Source: an uncultured Clostridia bacterium
GTDB lineage: Bacteria; Bacillota; Clostridia; Christensenellales; Borkfalkiaceae
Assembly (NCBI GenBank): GCA_947627065.1
Contig: CANQUN010000003.1
Location: 378 to 64,377 of the forward strand
Direction: 5' to 3'
DNA: 64,000 bases
Under the pieces are notes generated by a model that was given only the letters and a program-made list of their open reading frames with translations, did no database searches and was not told where the DNA came from. Below, in pieces: positions 58,439-64,000 of this stretch (position 1 is its first letter; every line of letters starts with the position of its first letter). The position numbers and the translations under genes were made by a program.

Positions 58439-59554
58439 ATGAGTAACGCGATAGGAATAGTATTTTCCAACATACACGACAGCGACCTGCCCGAACTTAC
58501 GCAGCAGCGCACGCTCGCTTCCATTCCCTTCTGCGGAAGGTACAGGCTCGTAGACTTCACGCTCTCCAACATGGTCAATTCGGACATAACCAAGGTGGGC
58601 GTAATTACCAAGAGCAACTACCAATCGCTCATGGACCACATCGGCAGCGGCAAGGATTGGGATCTTGCAAGAAGGTACGGCGGGCTGAGGATTCTGCCCC
58701 CGTTCGGCGTGCAGGAAAACTCGTCCCTGTACAACACGCGGCTCGAAGCGCTCAAAAACAACGTGGGTTTCATAGAGAAATCAAGCGAAGAATACGTTGT
58801 GATGACCGACTGCGACCTCGTGTGCAACATGGATTATGACGAAGTAATCCGTTTCCACATCCGCCGCAACGCCGACGTAACGCTCGTTTACAGCATGGCG
58901 GACGCCGCCGAGATGACCCCCACCAACAACACCGTCCTGTCTTTGGGAGATGGCGGCAAGGTGGAAGAAATGGCGTTTGCCCCCAGAGTGCACGGCAAAG
59001 TTCCGCTGTTTGCCAACGTGTTCGTCATGAAGCGCGACCTTCTCTACAACCTCGTAAAGGACGCTATTTCCCACAATAAACACCATTTTTCGTCCGAAGT
59101 CATCGCCGAGAACATCGACGCTCTGCGCATCTACGGCTTTGAACACCGCGGCTACATCGCCAAGATAACCTCGCTCGTCAGTTATTACGAAAAGAGCATG
59201 GAACTGCTCGACCGCGACAGGATGAACGAGATTTTCTTCAACAACAACGTGTTCACCAAAGTAAGGGACAGCGCGCCCACCGTTTACGGGGACGACGCGT
59301 CGGTCTCCAACTCCCTCATAGCCGACGGCTGCGTGATAGAAGGCAAGGTTAAAAATTCCATACTCTTCCGCGGGGTAAACGTCGCCAAGGGCGCGGTCGT
59401 GGACGGGTGCATCCTCATGCAGGACACAGTCGTCTGCGAAAAGGCCTCCCTCAAATGTATAATCACCGACAAGAACGTCGTCATCACCGAACGGCGCAAA
59501 CTTGCGGGATGCGACGTCAATCCCTTCTATCTGAGAAAGGGTTCCACCGTATAG
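58439..59554 (+). CDS. glgD: glycogen biosynthesis protein GlgD (non-catalytic ADP-Glc PPase subunit)
   Basis: GlgC paralog lacking the G-rich nucleotide loop (GIVFSNIHDSDLPELTQQRTLASIPFCGRYRLVDFTLSNM). Lies immediately after glgC as in Firmicutes. Confidence 0.9.
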   Translation: MSNAIGIVFSNIHDSDLPELTQQRTLASIPFCGRYRLVDFTLSNMVNSDITKVGVITKSNYQSLMDHIGSGKDWDLARRYGGLRILPPFGVQENSSLYNTRLEALKNNVGFIEKSSEEYVVMTDCDLVCNMDYDEVIRFHIRRNADVTLVYSMADAAEMTPTNNTVLSLGDGGKVEEMAFAPRVHGKVPLFANVFVMKRDLLYNLVKDAISHNKHHFSSEVIAENIDALRIYGFEHRGYIAKITSLVSYYEKSMELLDRDRMNEIFFNNNVFTKVRDSAPTVYGDDASVSNSLIADGCVIEGKVKNSILFRGVNVAKGAVVDGCILMQDTVVCEKASLKCIITDKNVVITERRKLAGCDVNPFYLRKGSTV

Positions 59555-59716
59555 GCGCCCCTGCGTAAACCGCCTCCAAAAAAGGGCGGACGGAGCGTGC
59601 GCGGGCAACCCGCAACCAAACGCCCGTAAAGCCCAAAAGTGCCCCGAATCGCACAAAAACCCCAAATTTCAAAAACACCCGTAATAGCAAATACGGATTT
59701 TCGATAAGGAGAAAAT

Positions 59717-61162
59717 ATGCTTGAAGAGATCAAAGTGAAAAAATGCGTTATGTTCGCCGCGTCCGAATGCAACCCATTCGTGGGTACGGGCGGCCTTGCC
59801 GACGTCATCGGTTCGCTGCCCGCCGCGCTTGCCGAAACGGGCGAATTTGACGTTATCGTCGTGCTGCCGCTGTATTCCCGCACGGATGAGGCGTACAGAA
59901 AGAAGATGCGCTTTTTGGGCAGCATCAACGTCCCGCTGTCGTGGAGGAACCAGTACTGCGGGGTGTTCACGCTGGCCGAGAGGGGAGTGAGATATTTCTT
60001 TCTGGACAACGAGTATTACTTCAAACGCAACGCCGTTTACGGAGAGTACGACGACGGGGAAAGGTTTGCATTCTTCTCCAAGGCCGTGCTTGAAATAATG
60101 CCCTTTATCGACTGTTATCCGCACATTCTGCACTGCCACGACTGGCAGACGGCGCTGTCGGTAATCTACCTCAAAACGTTGTACGCGGGGCGTTACAGAT
60201 ACAAGGACATAAAGGCGGTGTTCACCGTTCACAACATAGAGTATCAGGGCAAGTACGGTTACGACTGTTTTGCCGACCTGTTCGGCCTGCCCGAATATTC
60301 CCGCCCCATGCTCGACTTTGACGGCTGCATAAACCTGATGAAAGGCGCAATCGAGGTGTGCGACAGGTTCACTACGGTCAGCCCCACTTACGCCCGCGAG
60401 ATAACCGACGGTTACTTTGCCCACGGCCTTGAAGAAGTTGTGCGCCGCAACTCGGGCAAACTTTCGGGCATACTCAACGGAATCGACACCGAACTTTACA
60501 ACCCCAAGACCGACCCCAAACTCTTTGCCACCTATTCAAAGACGAACACCGAGGGCAAGGAAGAGGGCAAGCGCATGCTTCAGGAAATGCTCGGCCTGCC
60601 CGTCAGGGGAGACGTGCCCGTCGTTTCCATGATAAGCCGCCTTGTCGCCCACAAGGGTCTCGACCTTGTCAACTGCGTGCTGGAAGAATTCTTGCAGCAG
60701 GACGTGCAGTTCATAGTCCTCGGCACGGGAGACGCGGTGTACCGCAACTTCTTCTTTTACCTTGCCGAACGCTACAAGGGCAAGATGAGGTTCATTGCCG
60801 AATTCAACAAGGACCTTGCCGCCAAGATATACGCGGGGTCGGACATATTCCTCATGCCCTCCCGTCAGGAGCCGTGCGGGCTTTCGCAGATGATAGCCGC
60901 GCGTTACGGCACCATTCCCGTCGTCCGCCGCACGGGCGGCCTTGCGGACAGCATAGTTCCCATCGGGGAAGAAGGCGGGTTCGGCTACGTGTTTGACAAC
61001 TACAACGCACACGAGATGCTCTTTGCCGTAAAGAGGGCGGCGGAAGAATATAAAAACAAACCTCTGTGGAAAAAATATGTAAAGAAAGCCATGGAAGCCG
61101 ACTTCGGCTGGAAGAAATCCGCCGCGGGTTACGCCGCAATGTACGACGGTTTGCTCTTTTAA
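59717..61162 (+). CDS. glgA: glycogen synthase (ADP-glucose type)
   Basis: MFAASECNPFVGTGGLADV (KxGGL-type motif), HCHDWQTAL, SRQEPCGLSQM. AAGGAG RBS. Confidence 0.95.
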   Translation: MLEEIKVKKCVMFAASECNPFVGTGGLADVIGSLPAALAETGEFDVIVVLPLYSRTDEAYRKKMRFLGSINVPLSWRNQYCGVFTLAERGVRYFFLDNEYYFKRNAVYGEYDDGERFAFFSKAVLEIMPFIDCYPHILHCHDWQTALSVIYLKTLYAGRYRYKDIKAVFTVHNIEYQGKYGYDCFADLFGLPEYSRPMLDFDGCINLMKGAIEVCDRFTTVSPTYAREITDGYFAHGLEEVVRRNSGKLSGILNGIDTELYNPKTDPKLFATYSKTNTEGKEEGKRMLQEMLGLPVRGDVPVVSMISRLVAHKGLDLVNCVLEEFLQQDVQFIVLGTGDAVYRNFFFYLAERYKGKMRFIAEFNKDLAAKIYAGSDIFLMPSRQEPCGLSQMIAARYGTIPVVRRTGGLADSIVPIGEEGGFGYVFDNYNAHEMLFAVKRAAEEYKNKPLWKKYVKKAMEADFGWKKSAAGYAAMYDGLLF

Positions 61163-61211
61163 GGCTTTTCGGGGAAAGGATGATTATTTTACGCGAGGTG
61201 TAGGCCCGACA

Positions 61212-63644
61212 ATGTACGAAGTCAAAAATTTTAATGCAAAAGAAGCGAAAACGATCATCGAAGGCAAACTTTCGAGATTTTTCGGAGTAACGGGGCAGGA
61301 GGCCACGACCGACCAGTTCTACAAGGCCGTTGTCATGGCCGTCAGGGACATTCTGCTCGAAAAGAGAAACAAGTACCACCAGACCGTCAAAAAGGCCAAG
61401 GCAAAGAGGGTGTATTACCTCTGCATGGAATTTCTGCTCGGCCGTTCGCTCAAAAACAACGTTTTCAATTTAGGCATAGAAAGGAGCCTGAACGAGGCGC
61501 TGGCCTCCTTCGGCACTTCTTTGGAAGAACTCTATGAAATGGAGCCCGACGCGGGCCTCGGCAACGGCGGTCTCGGCCGTCTCGCCGCCTGTTTTATGGA
61601 CGCGCTCGCCTCGGGCGATTACCCCGCCATGGGCTATTCCATAAGGTACGAATACGGTCTTTTCAAGCAGAAGATCGTGGACGGCTGGCAGACCGAACTG
61701 CCCGATATATGGCTGCCCGGGGGAGAAGTTTGGCTCACCCAGCGTGCGGACAAGACCTTTACCGTCAAGTTCGACGGCCACATCCGCGAAGTGTGGAAGG
61801 AAGGCGGAATGCAGATTGAGTATTTCGACTATCAGGAGATAGAAGCCGTTCCTTACGACATGATGATATCGGGTTACGGGTCGGAGGCCGTGTCCGTTTT
61901 GAGACTGTGGACGGCGCAGAACAAGCACAAGTTCGACATGCGCTCTTTCTCTCAGGGCGACTACATGCGCAGCATGCAGGCCGACAACGAGGCCGAACTC
62001 ATCTCCAAGGTTCTCTACCCGTCGGACAACCATTTCGAGGGTAAGTCCCTCCGTCTTAAACAGCAGTATTTCCTCGTCTCGGCTTCCTTGCAGAACATCC
62101 TTTCCGAGCACCTGCACCGTTACGGCACGCTCGACACCCTGCCCGACAAAGCCGCCATCCACATCAACGACACACATCCCGCCCTCGCCGTGCCCGAACT
62201 CATGCGTCTACTCATGGACGAACACGGTTATTCGTGGGAGAGCGCGTGGGACATAGTGCACAGAACCATCGCTTACACCAACCACACGGTCATGAGCGAG
62301 GCGCTCGAATGCTGGAACGAGGATCTCATAGAACGCCGCCTGCCCAGAATCTACGCCATAATCAAGGAGATAAACCGCCGTTTCTCGGCGGACATGTGGC
62401 AGCGTTACCCGGGAGATTGGAACAGGATAGAACGCATGAGCGTAATGTCCCACGGCCAGATTCGCATGGCCAACCTCTCGGTCATCGGTTCGCACAAAGT
62501 CAACGGCGTCTCCGCCTTGCACAGCGACATAATAAAGAACAGCATATTCAAGGATTTTTACGAGGTTACGCCCGAAAAGTTCACCAACGTTACCAACGGC
62601 ATCGCCTACCGCAGGTGGCTGTGCCAGTCCAATCCCGAACTTTCCGCTCTCATATCTTCCGCCATCGGCGACGGGTTCAAAAAGGACGCTTCGCAACTTT
62701 CCCGCCTCACCGCCTTCACGGGGGACAAGAACTTCCTCACCGACCTCAACGCCGTCAAGGCGACTAAAAAGAAGCAGTTTGCCGAATACGTCCTCAAACG
62801 CACGGGTCAGGTCATCGACCCCGACACCGTGTTCGACGTTCAGGCCAAACGCCTGCACGAGTACAAGCGGCAGCTGCTCAACGCCATGAACATCATCTCC
62901 CGTTACGCCGAACTCAAGGACGACCCGTCCGCGCCCTGCACGCCCACCACCTTCATCTTTGCCGCCAAGGCCGCGCCGGGCTATTACATGGCAAAGGAGA
63001 TAATAAAACTCATCTGTTTCATAGCCGAGGACGTCGCCAAGGACCCCGTCCTCCGTCAGAAACTCAACGTCATATATCTCGAAGATTACAGCGTTACCAT
63101 GGCCGAAAAACTCATGCCCGCCGCCGAGGTAAGCGAACAGATTTCCACAGCGGGCAAGGAAGCGTCGGGCACGGGCAACATGAAGTTCATGATAAACGGC
63201 GCCCTCACCGTCGGCACGCTCGACGGGGCCAACGTGGAAATGAAGGAAGCCGTGGGGGACGACAACATATTCATCTTCGGCCTCACCGCCGCAGAAGTCG
63301 GGTACATCTGGAAGCACGGTTACCATTCCACCGCCTATTACAACGACAACGTAAAACTCAGGCGCGTCATCGAAATGATGAAAAAGGGCTTTAACGGCGA
63401 AAGTTTTGAAAACCTCGTCAACTACCTGCTCACGGCCTCGCCTGTCGCCGACCCGTACATGTGCATGGCGGACTTCGGCGCTTATCAGGACATTCACGCC
63501 GCCGTGGACGCCGCTTATGCGGACAGGCTCCGCTGGGCAAAGATGAGTCTTTGCAACATAGCGGGCAGCGGCAGATTCTCCGCCGACAGGGCCATCGAGC
63601 AGTACGCCCGCGAAATCTGGGGGCTTACCCCCACCAAAGGATGA
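61212..63644 (+). CDS. glgP: glycogen/maltodextrin phosphorylase
   Basis: YYLCMEFLLGR, GNGGLGRLAAC, EASGTGNMKFMINGA (PLP Lys motif). Confidence 0.96.
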   Translation: MYEVKNFNAKEAKTIIEGKLSRFFGVTGQEATTDQFYKAVVMAVRDILLEKRNKYHQTVKKAKAKRVYYLCMEFLLGRSLKNNVFNLGIERSLNEALASFGTSLEELYEMEPDAGLGNGGLGRLAACFMDALASGDYPAMGYSIRYEYGLFKQKIVDGWQTELPDIWLPGGEVWLTQRADKTFTVKFDGHIREVWKEGGMQIEYFDYQEIEAVPYDMMISGYGSEAVSVLRLWTAQNKHKFDMRSFSQGDYMRSMQADNEAELISKVLYPSDNHFEGKSLRLKQQYFLVSASLQNILSEHLHRYGTLDTLPDKAAIHINDTHPALAVPELMRLLMDEHGYSWESAWDIVHRTIAYTNHTVMSEALECWNEDLIERRLPRIYAIIKEINRRFSADMWQRYPGDWNRIERMSVMSHGQIRMANLSVIGSHKVNGVSALHSDIIKNSIFKDFYEVTPEKFTNVTNGIAYRRWLCQSNPELSALISSAIGDGFKKDASQLSRLTAFTGDKNFLTDLNAVKATKKKQFAEYVLKRTGQVIDPDTVFDVQAKRLHEYKRQLLNAMNIISRYAELKDDPSAPCTPTTFIFAAKAAPGYYMAKEIIKLICFIAEDVAKDPVLRQKLNVIYLEDYSVTMAEKLMPAAEVSEQISTAGKEASGTGNMKFMINGALTVGTLDGANVEMKEAVGDDNIFIFGLTAAEVGYIWKHGYHSTAYYNDNVKLRRVIEMMKKGFNGESFENLVNYLLTASPVADPYMCMADFGAYQDIHAAVDAAYADRLRWAKMSLCNIAGSGRFSADRAIEQYAREIWGLTPTKG

Positions 63645-64000
63645 GGGCGGAATATTACCCCTTGTCAAGGGAATGCAAGAGCGTCAAGGGCGGAATAAAA
63701 ACCTCTGAAATATTGACATTGACGATAGAAACCGAAGGGGAGACCGTTCGGCTTCTGTTACGTCCGGACGGCGGAGAATATGCCCTTTATCCCATGAAAA
63801 AGACGGGCAACCGTTTTTCTGCGGACATCTCGATAAAGACTGCGGGACTTTATTACTATGCGTTTTCCGTTGACAACGTAAGGCTCGGAGCCGCCGCGGA
63901 TTTTTACGGCGAAGGCTACGGCAATCTCGCCGAAAACGGAGAGGATTTTCAGCTCACCGTGTACGACGCGGCGTACTCCACTCCCGCATGGTTCAAGGGC
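63641..64000 (+). CDS. GH13-family alpha-glucan hydrolase (neopullulanase/amylase-like), N-terminal part; runs off the right edge
   Basis: The ATG at 63641 overlaps the glgP TGA (ATGA). Hand translation MRAEYYPLSRECKSVKGGIKTSEILTLTIETEGETVRLLLRPDG...FQLTVYDAAYSTPAWFKG resembles the N-domain plus the W-x-K-G lead-in to the catalytic barrel of GH13 enzymes. Not in the track (open at the edge). Confidence 0.65.
   Translation, partial: MRAEYYPLSRECKSVKGGIKTSEILTLTIETEGETVRLLLRPDGGEYALYPMKKTGNRFSADISIKTAGLYYYAFSVDNVRLGAAADFYGEGYGNLAENGEDFQLTVYDAAYSTPAWFKG

Overview
Chromosomal housekeeping segment, coded almost entirely on the + strand, from a GC-rich endospore-forming Clostridia-type Firmicute. 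The markers are Spo0A, pro-sigma-K, the SCIFF peptide system, an ECF transporter module and a GlgD-containing glycogen operon. Gene order: PFOR (partial, -) | ecfA1-ecfA2-ecfT-truA | rplM-rpsI | (-) carbamoyltransferase-like + MTA/SAH nucleosidase | (-) sigK | SDR-thyA-folA | EamA | (-) L-serine dehydratase | ruvC-ruvA-ruvB-queA-tgt-yajC | small membrane protein | scfA-scfB | gamma-CA-like | secD-secF | recJ-relA-MBL-hemZ-like | rpsO-pnp | deacetylase-M16 peptidase | (-) 45-aa peptide / arsR | uvrC-cof | hprK | spo0A | SBP-like-murB-PHP-whiA | dnaE | glgB-C-D-A-P + GH13 (partial). I saw no transposase, integrase, phage, cas, rRNA or tRNA genes and no CRISPR array. Two real genes fall below the 60-aa ORF-track cutoff: the SCIFF precursor scfA (22095-22256) and a 45-aa hydrophobic peptide (40058-40195, -). 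Two edge-truncated genes are also missing from the track: PFOR at the left edge and GH13 at the right edge. The unusual part of the window is its non-coding DNA, because the intergenic regions are long and packed with repeats. (i) A ~49-nt two-hairpin element occurs in 9 copies, all in + orientation, with variable loops and G-U-compatible or compensatory stem changes. (ii) A ~25-nt word, TTTTGTGCGATTCAGGCCACTT and variants, occurs about 30 times in both orientations. (iii) C/A-rich tracts occur in which G appears almost only as CpG. (iv) Short-range duplications copy the 3' ends or junctions of genes (arsR, spo0A, PHP/whiA, folA) across ~25-40 bp spacers. I could not assign any of these to a known family from memory, and I rank them as the most interesting material here. 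Many long ORFs in the track are antisense shadows of real genes, as expected for GC-rich DNA.
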